From: an uncultured virus (IMG/VR IMGVR_UViG_3300025372_000013)
Lineage: Duplodnaviria; Heunggongvirae; Uroviricota; Caudoviricetes
Direction: 5' to 3' (one strand)
Length of the DNA stretch: 35,468 nt
IMG/VR virus record: IMGVR_UViG_3300025372_000013
Made by a program: the position numbers and the translations under genes. Positions 13,804-22,213 of the stretch are shown one piece after another; within the stretch, counting starts at the first letter, position 1; each line of letters begins with the position of its first letter. A model generated the notes under the pieces. It saw only the letters and a list, made by a program, of their open reading frames with translations. It was not told the DNA's origin and ran no database searches.

Positions 13804-16418
13804 TACGTAAGCCCATTTCCACTAATCATCCAAGTAGTTGCAGCAACTTTTAAGAGAGTTGCCATTCCGTATGGTGCTAAAGTTCTAGACCCTGTAGCCC
13901 CGGTTCCTGCTTGCATTAGTGTATCAGATGTGATAGAAACCGTCACAGTCACGCCAGAAGCTGCTACCAAGGCTATAGACGTGCCTACAGGGAAGGCTAC
14001 CGATGCATTTGCAGGAACGGTAAGTGTGCAGTTTGCGTTAAAGTAGATGTGCTTTCCAGCATCGCTGGCTATTAAGGTATATGTTGATCCCACTACTGGC
14101 TGTAAATTTTGAGGCATTCCTGTATAGCCAAGACCAGAGGCGGCGCTTGTAACAGATGCTGCCGTAGGCACAACGCCAGTAGATAGGGAACCTGCCGCAA
14201 TATTTGCTGCAGGGAATGATCCAGAGGTAATAGTGCCCAGAGTAGTGATAGAGGAAGATCCTGCAATAGGCGAGTATGTAGATGCCGCAGTACCGGTGGT
14301 TAGGTATGTAGATGAGTCTAGAGAGCCATCTCCCTTAACAAACTGTGAGGATGTACCTCCACTGGTTATGTGAGAGGTTGCAGTTACAGATGTTAATCCA
14401 GAGAGTGTTAGGGTAGTTCCGCCCAATGAAACAGAGGTTGTACCCAACGTAATAGATGAGTTGGTAAGGCTTGAGTTAGCAATGTTGGTAAGGGTGTTAG
14501 AAGACCCAGAGATTGCTTTATTTGTAAGAGTCTGGGTAGCGTCAATAGTGGCAATATCGCCCGCTGTTGTTCCACCTGGGGTGCGACCTAGAACCTGTGT
14601 GGGGGTAAGGACTGTGGTTCCAGCAATATGGTAGGTTTTACCGGATGCAAGATCAAAGTGCTCAGATGAAAGCCATGAACTGGTTGAAGACTGCCATTGA
14701 AGAGTTTTGTTAGTGGTACCGTATAGAAGCATACCTCCACCATTTGCGGTGGAATCAGAAGGTGTAGCAACCTTGCCAATTTCTATATTCTTATCTTGAA
14801 CCAGTAGGGTAGAAGAGTTGATAGTTTCGGTTGTTCCGGTAACGGTAAGGTTACCGTTAATGGTTACGGTACTGTTGGTGTTACCAATATTGATTGTGTT
14901 GGCGCCGGTTCCAACAGCGGCAATGTTTACCGTACCTGTAGTAATACCGGCACCGATAGCAAGGGCTCCAGTTGTTACGTTAGGAAACAGGGTTGCTGTA
15001 GTTCCGGTTGCAGATACTGCGTTAATGTTATCAATTACCGGTACAGTTAAGGTCTTATTTGTAAGGGTCTGGACGCCAGTTAGTGTTGCAACAGTAGAGT
15101 CAATAGCTACGGTTACAGCACCAGAACCGTCATAGGATGAGCCACTAAGGCCTGTGCCTATTGTAAGAGCATTTGGATTGACCGCTTTAATTGTAATATC
15201 GGCAGAACCATCAAACGAAACGCTGTTAATCAAACGAGCAGTTTGCAGCTTAGTTGCTGTAGCGGCATTACCATCAATACTAATACCTGTCAAGGTTTGA
15301 GAGCCTGAAGCACGGTTTAGTGCAATGGCGGTAGTACCAATGTAGTTCGTTGAGTTGCCTAATACCGTTGAAGGTATTGTTCCAGTAAGGTTACCTGCTG
15401 TTAGGTTAGTTAAGTTTGCGCCAGAAACTGATCCAAATAAACCTGACCAAGTTCCTGTGGTAACTGTTCCGGTTGTAACTAAAGATGTAGATCCAGCAAT
15501 AGGTGAGTAGGTAGACGCAGCAGTACCTGTGGTCAGATAGGTGCTGGAATCTAAAGAACCATCGCCTTTAACAAACTGACTAGATGTGCCAGAGGTAGTA
15601 ACAAACTTAGTAGCTGTTAGGTTACCTAGGTAATCTATCTTAGCCAAAGTTGTTCCAGATGAGTTTTGATATTGAACAAGGTCAGACGTTTGAGACGGGG
15701 CACCCTTTACAATCATGCCAACAACTGAAGGCCCATTTGTATATATGCCTAGTCTTGCACCTAACGCAGTTGCATTTCCAATAGTTCCAGAGCCTTGAAA
15801 AGTATTTCCATACTTATCAACCCAAAGATACTTAGTACCATTTATGTTAACATTAAGTACATCAGATGTGGTTGAAGCTGGAGCATTTACCGTAAGAGGT
15901 ACAACGCTTGTAGATGTAGGTGCAATTGTCTGTTGTGCAGTAAAGCTATTTGCCGCACCTAATTGTGGAACAACAGTAGTATCAATTGCTAGAGTTCCAG
16001 ATGAGGTAATAGTTCCACCAGTAAGTCCTGTACCCGCAGTAATAGAGGTTACAGTTCCACTACCTCCAAGAGAAGCCCACTGTAGTCCAGAACCTGTAGA
16101 CTGTAAAACTTGTCCAGAGGTACCTGTAGAACCACCCGCAGAGATCTTGGGTACGGTTAAAATACCGTCATCTGTGAGGTTAAAGATGTTAGAGTTATAC
16201 GCATCGTTGATGATCTGAAGTTCACCGGCGCTGCTAATGCGGAAGTTTTTGCTTGGATTGGTGGCACCTGAATAGGTGTTAGTAGCGATTAGGAAATCGT
16301 GGTAGCCAGTGCCACCACGATTTGCATATCCTACTAGCTGTAAGGCTTGACTACTACCTGTCGTATTAATTACAAGGGTACCGCTTATACTAGCAGGGGA
16401 TAAAAATGCCCTGGTCAT
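13803..16418 (-). CDS. Long fibre protein (871 aa)
   Basis: Thr/Ser/Gly-rich fibre motifs (GTVTSITAGTGLTGG, GNAATATKLQTARLIN, QTLTNK, INGNLTVTGT); C-terminal YTL.ASDAGK...FPVGT...TWMISG domain. Confidence 0.85.
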   Translation of the reverse strand: MTRAFLSPASISGTLVINTTGSSQALQLVGYANRGGTGYHDFLIATNTYSGATNPSKNFRISSAGELQIINDAYNSNIFNLTDDGILTVPKISAGGSTGTSGQVLQSTGSGLQWASLGGSGTVTSITAGTGLTGGTITSSGTLAIDTTVVPQLGAANSFTAQQTIAPTSTSVVPLTVNAPASTTSDVLNVNINGTKYLWVDKYGNTFQGSGTIGNATALGARLGIYTNGPSVVGMIVKGAPSQTSDLVQYQNSSGTTLAKIDYLGNLTATKFVTTSGTSSQFVKGDGSLDSSTYLTTGTAASTYSPIAGSTSLVTTGTVTTGTWSGLFGSVSGANLTNLTAGNLTGTIPSTVLGNSTNYIGTTAIALNRASGSQTLTGISIDGNAATATKLQTARLINSVSFDGSADITIKAVNPNALTIGTGLSGSSYDGSGAVTVAIDSTVATLTGVQTLTNKTLTVPVIDNINAVSATGTTATLFPNVTTGALAIGAGITTGTVNIAAVGTGANTINIGNTNSTVTINGNLTVTGTTETINSSTLLVQDKNIEIGKVATPSDSTANGGGMLLYGTTNKTLQWQSSTSSWLSSEHFDLASGKTYHIAGTTVLTPTQVLGRTPGGTTAGDIATIDATQTLTNKAISGSSNTLTNIANSSLTNSSITLGTTSVSLGGTTLTLSGLTSVTATSHITSGGTSSQFVKGDGSLDSSTYLTTGTAASTYSPIAGSSSITTLGTITSGSFPAANIAAGSLSTGVVPTAASVTSAASGLGYTGMPQNLQPVVGSTYTLIASDAGKHIYFNANCTLTVPANASVAFPVGTSIALVAASGVTVTVSITSDTLMQAGTGATGSRTLAPYGMATLLKVAATTWMISGNGLT
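14256..15590 (-). repeat. Two copies of an identical 34-aa segment (14256..14357 and 15489..15590)
   Basis: GTSSQFVKGDGSLDSSTYLTTGTAASTYSPIAGS occurs twice; 19 of 34 codons differ, all synonymously. Confidence 0.9.
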
Positions 16419-16430
16419 TTAACGACCCCC

Positions 16431-18188
16431 TTATCCGAAGACTACTACACGTATTTGGTTTGTTGTAGGTGCTGTTGAGAAGGCAACTGTAACAGTATTT
16501 GTAGTAGAGTGCGTAACGTCTGCAAAATACTCAACGTTAGTTGAATTGTCGTATAAGGTAACCTGAACATCCTTGGTAGCCAAGTTGTGGGTTACTGTGT
16601 AAGAGAGCGATGCGCCATCACCGATTGAGGTAGCGTATTTGCGTACTACTACGTCGGTGTTGATAGCTACCTGGTTAGTGGTTGCTGCTCCAGCAGCACC
16701 CTGGCCAGAGATGGTGATACCAAGACCTGGAGTTACTGCCAAACCGCCGGTTGTTGTAGCCAAACCAGAGGTGCTGTTGAGCAAGATCAAGGCACCAAAT
16801 GAGTTGGTTGTCAAACCACCGGAGGTAGTTGGGTTAAGAGCAAGACCTGAAGAGGTAGTCGTCAAACCTGATGCTGAAGGCAAGAGGATAGATGCTCCGC
16901 CAGAAGCTGCTGCCAAACCGCCAGTTGAGGTTGGGTTGAATGAGAAGGTGTTTCCAGTAAGGGCAAGTCCGTTACCGGCTAGGTAAGTTCCAGCACCAGA
17001 GAACTGGGTAAAGGTGATCGCATCGGTGCCGATCTTAATTCCATCATGTGGAGTAGATGAAGATCCAAGGTTAGACTGTACCCAACCTGTGTTAGCCTGT
17101 CCACCCGAACCAACAAAGGTGAAGTCTCCAGCAACTACTTGACCAGCAACGTGGTTATCGTAGTCGGTTGCACGAGTCAAGACGGTTGCAACACCGGAAG
17201 TTCCAGCAGTTGTTACTAAGTAGATACCGTTTGCCTTGCTAGATGTTCCTGCGTCTGCAGTAATACCGTTCTTAACAAGAATACGGTCGCCAGATGCAAG
17301 TGTGTAAGAATCAACAACTGTTGTTCCTGTTGAAGAGAAGGTAATTGTTGCGCCTACGCCAGTACCGCCATCAGCACCTGATGTACCAGCAGAATATGTA
17401 GCTGCAAGAGTTGTTGTGGTTGCTACAGATACAGAACCGTGTACGTTAAGTGAGCTTGCAGTTGCGTCAACGTATGCTTTGTTAGCTGCATCAGTTCCTG
17501 CAGTTGGTGTGGCAAGGTTTGTGATCTTATGGTTGTTTAGAGAAACATCTGCTGCTGGAGCGCCAAAAGTATCAAGTGTAAAGTTAGAAGGAGTAAATGC
17601 GTGAACGTGATCTTCACGAGCAGGAGCAGTACCAGTACCTACTGCAGCAGAAGCTGCTGTAATTGTAGACGGTGTTACAGATGTAAGTGAAGGCGTACCG
17701 TGGGTGTGGTCTGAGTGGGCTACGGTTGTAGCTGAACCATTTGAAGATCCAAGTCCATAAGATGTAGCAGCTGTTACCGCACCAAAACCAGGACCTGCGT
17801 GGGTATGATCTGCACGAGCAAAGTTAGTTGAGGTACCGTCAGCGCCAGTACCTGAAATTGTTAAAGCTGTTGATTGGCCTGAACCAAAGTTATCAACCTG
17901 CTGCCAAGCAGATCCATTTGAGTAGTAGATAAGGAAGTTATCTGTAGCATAGAAGAATGTTCCGGCAGCAACAGCGTTGGCTAAAGGACGTGAGGCAAGT
18001 GCGCCGGCGCTAATTCCGCCAGCTAGGGCCCAAGCGGTGCCGTTGTAGATGTACAGGCCATTAAGGGCTGTGTCATAGTAGATCTGACCTACGACAGGAG
18101 ACGATGGCGCCGTCGCAAGATTTTGAATACGAGCATTCTGAAGCTCTAACTTATTCAGGTTAATAGGTGTTAAAAAGCTACGTGCCAT
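16431..18188 (-). CDS. Fibre protein (585 aa)
   Basis: AP.SPVVGQIYYDT; three DHxH motifs; KITNLATPT..TDAANKAYVD; GDRILVK...NGIY...LTRA.D; AGNGL repeats; C-terminal THNL domain. Confidence 0.85.
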   Translation of the reverse strand: MARSFLTPINLNKLELQNARIQNLATAPSSPVVGQIYYDTALNGLYIYNGTAWALAGGISAGALASRPLANAVAAGTFFYATDNFLIYYSNGSAWQQVDNFGSGQSTALTISGTGADGTSTNFARADHTHAGPGFGAVTAATSYGLGSSNGSATTVAHSDHTHGTPSLTSVTPSTITAASAAVGTGTAPAREDHVHAFTPSNFTLDTFGAPAADVSLNNHKITNLATPTAGTDAANKAYVDATASSLNVHGSVSVATTTTLAATYSAGTSGADGGTGVGATITFSSTGTTVVDSYTLASGDRILVKNGITADAGTSSKANGIYLVTTAGTSGVATVLTRATDYDNHVAGQVVAGDFTFVGSGGQANTGWVQSNLGSSSTPHDGIKIGTDAITFTQFSGAGTYLAGNGLALTGNTFSFNPTSTGGLAAASGGASILLPSASGLTTTSSGLALNPTTSGGLTTNSFGALILLNSTSGLATTTGGLAVTPGLGITISGQGAAGAATTNQVAINTDVVVRKYATSIGDGASLSYTVTHNLATKDVQVTLYDNSTNVEYFADVTHSTTNTVTVAFSTAPTTNQIRVVVFG

Positions 18189-18201
18189 TTATAGTTTCTC
18201 C

Positions 18202-18558
18202 TTATGAGAGGTAAGCGTGTCCACTAAAAGCTGAAGTAAATGTTAGCACAAGACTATTGGCGTTTAGGTAGCTAACTTCACCTTCTACGTGACTACCCCC
18301 AGAGTCTACAACAGTTATGTTCGGATAAAAGTTTAAATTGTGGGTGATTGTCCAGATAGTTGAGGGGTTGTTCTGTGTATAGGAATAGGCTACAGCCTGT
18401 ACTGGGTTCTCTAAGTTAGTTAGAGTAATTGGTGGGTTCTCTGTAATGGATATAGCGGCATCACAGTTCCCGCATGTACAGGTGTCCGAATTGCTACATT
18501 GGTAGATTACCGTAGGAAACGGCGCTAAGTTGTTTGGGGTCCATACTGTAGGGCTCAT
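18202..18558 (-). CDS. Small fibre-associated protein
   Basis: WTITHNL..YP.ITVVDS.G...G.V.Y...N...LTF resembles the C-terminal THNL domain of 16431..18188; N-terminal Cys cluster. Confidence 0.65.
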   Translation of the reverse strand: MSPTVWTPNNLAPFPTVIYQCSNSDTCTCGNCDAAISITENPPITLTNLENPVQAVAYSYTQNNPSTIWTITHNLNFYPNITVVDSGGSHVEGEVSYLNANSLVLTFTSAFSGHAYLS

Positions 18559-19652
18559 ACAACACCGTATCCGGAAGAGTTAGTCACTGATGGGAAGGTA
18601 TATACCTTTCCTCCAAAGTAGGTCTTTACTTTACCTGTTTGATCGGTTAGGCGTAAATCATAGTAAGCAGTCTTTGGAAGGGTCTCTGTAACGCTTCCTG
18701 GAAGACTTAGGGTCAAAATACTAGGGTAGGACTGGCCTTGGGCATTTACCTTACCTACTGTAAAGGAGCCAAGAACAACCGGCCCAACCTGAGAGAATTC
18801 GCTGTTCTGGTAAAGAACAATTTCAGATTTAGCCGTGTAGTTAGTAAGATCAAAGTTGAACCCGAAGTCTTGTACAAAATCGTCTCCGGAGTACATTTCG
18901 AGATCCTGTACCAGGATAGGCTCTGGTGGGGTCTGATCTCCATAGGTAGGGGTTGGAAGCATAACCCTTTGTGGAAGAGACCAGTCATCAATTTCTTGTG
19001 GCTTGTAGATAGGTACATAACGGTTTGTAAGACGGCTGATGCGACGTAGGCTTGCAACCTCAATACGGTAAAGTCCAATACCTAGCATTGAGCATAGCTC
19101 ACGGTACTGTTGCTGGCGTGTAGTCATCATGCTCATGAGCTGGCTATAGCGCTCAGAACGTGGGATGGTCACCCCATCTGGGGACATGATATTGATATCA
19201 AAAGCAGAATCATTAGCCAAAGTGTATAGAGCTAGGGTAGTAGCTAAAATAACTACCGGATATTCTTCTACCGCAGGTAGAAAAACAAGCTGGGTAATAT
19301 TACTTCCTAAGCTAGTTGTTTCACCCCGGGTATGCTGAGAGAAAGCCGTATTAACATAGTAGGCAATTTCAGAGTCAGTAAAATAACGATAGGCCTGACC
19401 AGCAACAGTGATGATTGCGTTGTTTGCTGGGGCTGTAGGAAGGGTTAATACACCGGTTCCTTCTTCAACGATGGCGGTTGAGGATACGTCGGTTGAGCCA
19501 ACTTTAACAACAAGGGTAGAACCTTGAATAGGCGCTTGTGAAAGTTGATAGCGCACAGTAACACCGTCACCAGTGTAGGTATCCACAAAGGTTCGTGCTG
19601 TGTCGCCAAGTTCTGCCCGTAGTCGGTCAGAGAGTGCTTGTAATGTTGCCAC
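18555..19652 (-). CDS. Putative head-tail connector with C-terminal BppU-like domain
   Basis: LR.ELGD...YFTDSEI..Y connector pattern; C-terminal MYSGDDF...DLTNYTAKSEI...YYDL. Start likely GTG 19652 after GGAGG. Confidence 0.6.
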   Translation of the reverse strand: MATLQALSDRLRAELGDTARTFVDTYTGDGVTVRYQLSQAPIQGSTLVVKVGSTDVSSTAIVEEGTGVLTLPTAPANNAIITVAGQAYRYFTDSEIAYYVNTAFSQHTRGETTSLGSNITQLVFLPAVEEYPVVILATTLALYTLANDSAFDINIMSPDGVTIPRSERYSQLMSMMTTRQQQYRELCSMLGIGLYRIEVASLRRISRLTNRYVPIYKPQEIDDWSLPQRVMLPTPTYGDQTPPEPILVQDLEMYSGDDFVQDFGFNFDLTNYTAKSEIVLYQNSEFSQVGPVVLGSFTVGKVNAQGQSYPSILTLSLPGSVTETLPKTAYYDLRLTDQTGKVKTYFGGKVYTFPSVTNSSGYGVV

Positions 19653-19677
19653 AAATCCTCCATCAGATAGTGTGCTA

Positions 19678-19706
19678 ATCATCTAACAAATCTTGAGATT
19701 AGTCAG
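19678..19706 (-). promoter_or_regulatory. Putative sigma70/SigA-type promoter
   Basis: CTGACT-N17-GATGAT directly after the terminator, ~25 nt before the start at 19652. Confidence 0.45.
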
Positions 19707-19709
19707 GTT

Positions 19710-19757
19710 AAAAAAGGCCCCCATAGACAGGAGGGCGGGTGTCTATGAGGGCGGCCT
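19710..19757 (-). terminator. Rho-independent terminator (long imperfect stem)
   Basis: CATAGACA/TGTCTATG core extended by GGCC ends, followed by a T6 run on the minus strand. Confidence 0.65.
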
Positions 19758-19768
19758 AGGGGTGCGAC

Positions 19769-20137
19769 TTAGAGGCGGTCGTACAAATAACCTTTTTCTT
19801 GTAAGTGAGTCGCTACATGCTTTGGAACTTTGTACTTTTTACCTACTTGGAATGAATAATTGTTTCCAGCGCCAATAGTAACCATGTCTAGGTTCTCTGC
19901 TACTCGAATGACAACCTGGTCGTCTGCAAGGCTTACGCCAACGCTCTCAACCTCGTCAATTACTGTTGGGTTTTCTGGGTTCTGTGTAAGGTCAACAACT
20001 TCAGTCTCATCTTTATGAGCACGTGCCTGTGTTGCCATTGAGATTTCATTAGCACGTTCTGCCAATGCCTCTGCGTTAGCTGCTAGTAGAGCCTCACGCT
20101 GACGTCCTGTAACGTCTGTAACTTTTGCTTTTGCCAC
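19769..20137 (-). CDS. Hypothetical head-associated protein
   Basis: 122 aa right after the capsid gene; AGGAG RBS, GTG start; C-terminal GKKYKVPKHVA.HL.EKGY. Confidence 0.7.
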   Translation of the reverse strand: MAKAKVTDVTGRQREALLAANAEALAERANEISMATQARAHKDETEVVDLTQNPENPTVIDEVESVGVSLADDQVVIRVAENLDMVTIGAGNNYSFQVGKKYKVPKHVATHLQEKGYLYDRL

Positions 20138-20169
20138 GATGTATATTCTCCTGTTAGATTAGTTGGGGT

Positions 20170-20191
20170 GGGGGCCGGTTTCCCGGCCCCC
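20170..20191 (-). terminator. GC hairpin with GAAA tetraloop 3' of capsid gene (attenuator or mRNA stabiliser)
   Basis: GGGGGCCGG-GAAA-CCGGCCCCC, 9-bp stem, no U-tract. Confidence 0.6.
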
Positions 20192-20198
20192 TATTAAA

Positions 20199-21275
20199 TT
20201 AGTTGGTTTCTGCGATAACTACAGACTGATCGGTGATAAGACCGAGACCGTAGATAGCATACCATGCAAGAGCGTGCTCACGACCGAAGTCAAGAATACC
20301 GCCGTCACGAAGCTCAACTGGAAGTGAGATAGCGTGACCGAATGCATTGTCTCCAATGAAGATTGCTGAGTAGCGATCTGCGTTACCGTTACCGGTAGCT
20401 GTTACTGGAGTTGTGTAACCTCCGCCTGTTGGATACTGGATTGATCCTGGAGCAACAGGTGTGTCAGTTGTGTAGCCAGTACCGGAACCGTTGGTTACCT
20501 TCTGGATCTGGGTTGTCTCAATGAAGACTGTGTCGTAGAGACGACCGATTTCACCGAGCATGAAGTTACCTGGAGCAGCGTACTTTGTTACTTCAATGAA
20601 CTCTGGGAGGTCACGAAGACGACGGCTCTGGTGAGGGTGAACGAAAGCGACGTAGGTCTCGCCCAACCTTGGGATGTTCTTGGTAGCCAAGGTCTCGACA
20701 GCGTCCTTAACGGTACGTGTTGAGAGGTATGAAGCACCGGTGAGAGAAGCACGTGATGTGCCTGCGGTACCGTATGCATACCAGTTGTTGACTGCTGAGA
20801 GGTTTGAACGATCTTCACCGTAGATGACAGAAGATGCTGCCATGAGTGTGTCACGAGCCTGGCCATCAAGGTAGAGAGCCATGTTACGTCCAAGAAGACG
20901 TGAAGCTGATGCCATAACGTCATCGAATGATGCGTTGAGGAGAAGCTCGGATACTGCGATTGCGTAACCTTGCTCAGCAACAGTGATTGAGAACTGCTGT
21001 GCTGTCAATGCGTTTGTTGACATACGGACACCTTCAGTAAGTGTTGAAGCGAATCCGAGGTTGTTGTAACGCATGAAGTTGATCTGGAGACCAGGAGCTA
21101 CGCCGAGTTCTGTCTTCTTGACTGCGAACTGCTCGAAGCGCAAGATAGGCATTGACTGGAATAGAATTTCCTTAGACCAGATGGTCTGAATTGCTTGTGT
21201 AAGCTGGCTGTTAGCGCCAGAATACGCTGTTGGGGCAGCGGCGAGATTACCGGTACCTGTTACGGCTGATGCCAT
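20199..21275 (-). CDS. Major capsid protein (N4-gp56-like, HK97 fold)
   Basis: F.RY..L....LTEG; EQG.AI.VS; YVAFVHPHQ...L; GEIGRL....FIET; follows portal and scaffold; strong codon bias. Confidence 0.92.
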   Translation of the reverse strand: MASAVTGTGNLAAAPTAYSGANSQLTQAIQTIWSKEILFQSMPILRFEQFAVKKTELGVAPGLQINFMRYNNLGFASTLTEGVRMSTNALTAQQFSITVAEQGYAIAVSELLLNASFDDVMASASRLLGRNMALYLDGQARDTLMAASSVIYGEDRSNLSAVNNWYAYGTAGTSRASLTGASYLSTRTVKDAVETLATKNIPRLGETYVAFVHPHQSRRLRDLPEFIEVTKYAAPGNFMLGEIGRLYDTVFIETTQIQKVTNGSGTGYTTDTPVAPGSIQYPTGGGYTTPVTATGNGNADRYSAIFIGDNAFGHAISLPVELRDGGILDFGREHALAWYAIYGLGLITDQSVVIAETN

Positions 21276-21327
21276 TTTGGTGTTACTCCTTGTTCATATA
21301 TGTTAGGTTAGTAAAAATGGGTAGGTA

Positions 21328-22104
21328 TTACCCGAAGATTCCCTTGTTACGATCATCGGCTGTTTTACCTAGCAGACGTGATCTATTTTTTGCGTAATCA
21401 GCTACCGACATTGAAGCAATCTGCTCCGGTGTAAACGATTGTGAGTCCGAATTGTTTTCGAGGGTTGGTGGCAAGGTTGTCCTTGTACCGGTCATATCAC
21501 GACGCTGGGCTTGAATAGCTTGCTGCGCCGACTCCAAGAGCTTTGAGGTCTTATCCTTTAGCTTGGAAATACTCTTTTCGATTTCATCAACATTGTTGCC
21601 AGAAATCATATCAATAAGTTCTGGGGCGATGTTGTCCTGCTCTTCGCTAATGCGGCGATTGAGATACTGTGTTAGTTCAGCATACTCACGTTCACGCTCT
21701 AGCAAAGCAAAAGCACGTTCACGCTCTAGGCGCTCAGATTCAATTTTAGCAGCCCATTCCTTTTCCTTCTGTTCAAGAAGGCTACGGACGTCCATCTCAG
21801 ATTCAAGCTTCTTACGCTCTGCCTCTGCGGCGGCTTCTGCTGCTGAACGAGCCTCAGCTAGGCGTTCTTCACGATCCTTCTTAAGAAGATTTAGCTCTTC
21901 CTTAAGAGAATCAATCTGTGGATATAGTTTTGACTTTTCCTGCTCACGTACACGGTGCAAGTCTTGTTCCGTATAGCCCTTAGCTTCAGAGAACTTACTT
22001 TCTGAAACTGGTTCTTGCTGTGCAACTGGTGCTGTGCCGTTAACTTCTGAAGCAAATGCTTCTTGAGCCACTGCACTCTCTACTGCTGTTGAGTTTTCTG
22101 ACAT
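21328..22104 (-). CDS. Capsid scaffolding protein
   Basis: Coiled-coil E/K/R/A-rich; R.QEK.KLY motif; C-terminal MS..DYAK.R..LLG; lies between portal and capsid genes. Confidence 0.8.
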   Translation of the reverse strand: MSENSTAVESAVAQEAFASEVNGTAPVAQQEPVSESKFSEAKGYTEQDLHRVREQEKSKLYPQIDSLKEELNLLKKDREERLAEARSAAEAAAEAERKKLESEMDVRSLLEQKEKEWAAKIESERLERERAFALLEREREYAELTQYLNRRISEEQDNIAPELIDMISGNNVDEIEKSISKLKDKTSKLLESAQQAIQAQRRDMTGTRTTLPPTLENNSDSQSFTPEQIASMSVADYAKNRSRLLGKTADDRNKGIFG

Positions 22105-22178
22105 GCTTATTCCTTTAGGTTAAGAGGTCGTTGTCCGATGTAGTGCCACGATGACCTGCGGGTTTGTTTATGGTATAT

Positions 22179-22207
22179 AGACTCGCAAACTATTACTAGT
22201 TTGTCAG
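22179..22207 (-). promoter_or_regulatory. Putative sigma70/SigA-type promoter for scaffold-capsid
   Basis: CTGACA-N17-GAGTCT in the 109-nt intergenic gap. Confidence 0.45.
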
Positions 22208-22213
22208 CCTAAA

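Noticed and set aside
14256..15590. Template/variable repeat pair of a diversity-generating retroelement
   Set aside because: Differences are synonymous and not adenine-specific, both copies are internal to one gene, and no reverse transcriptase is in the window.
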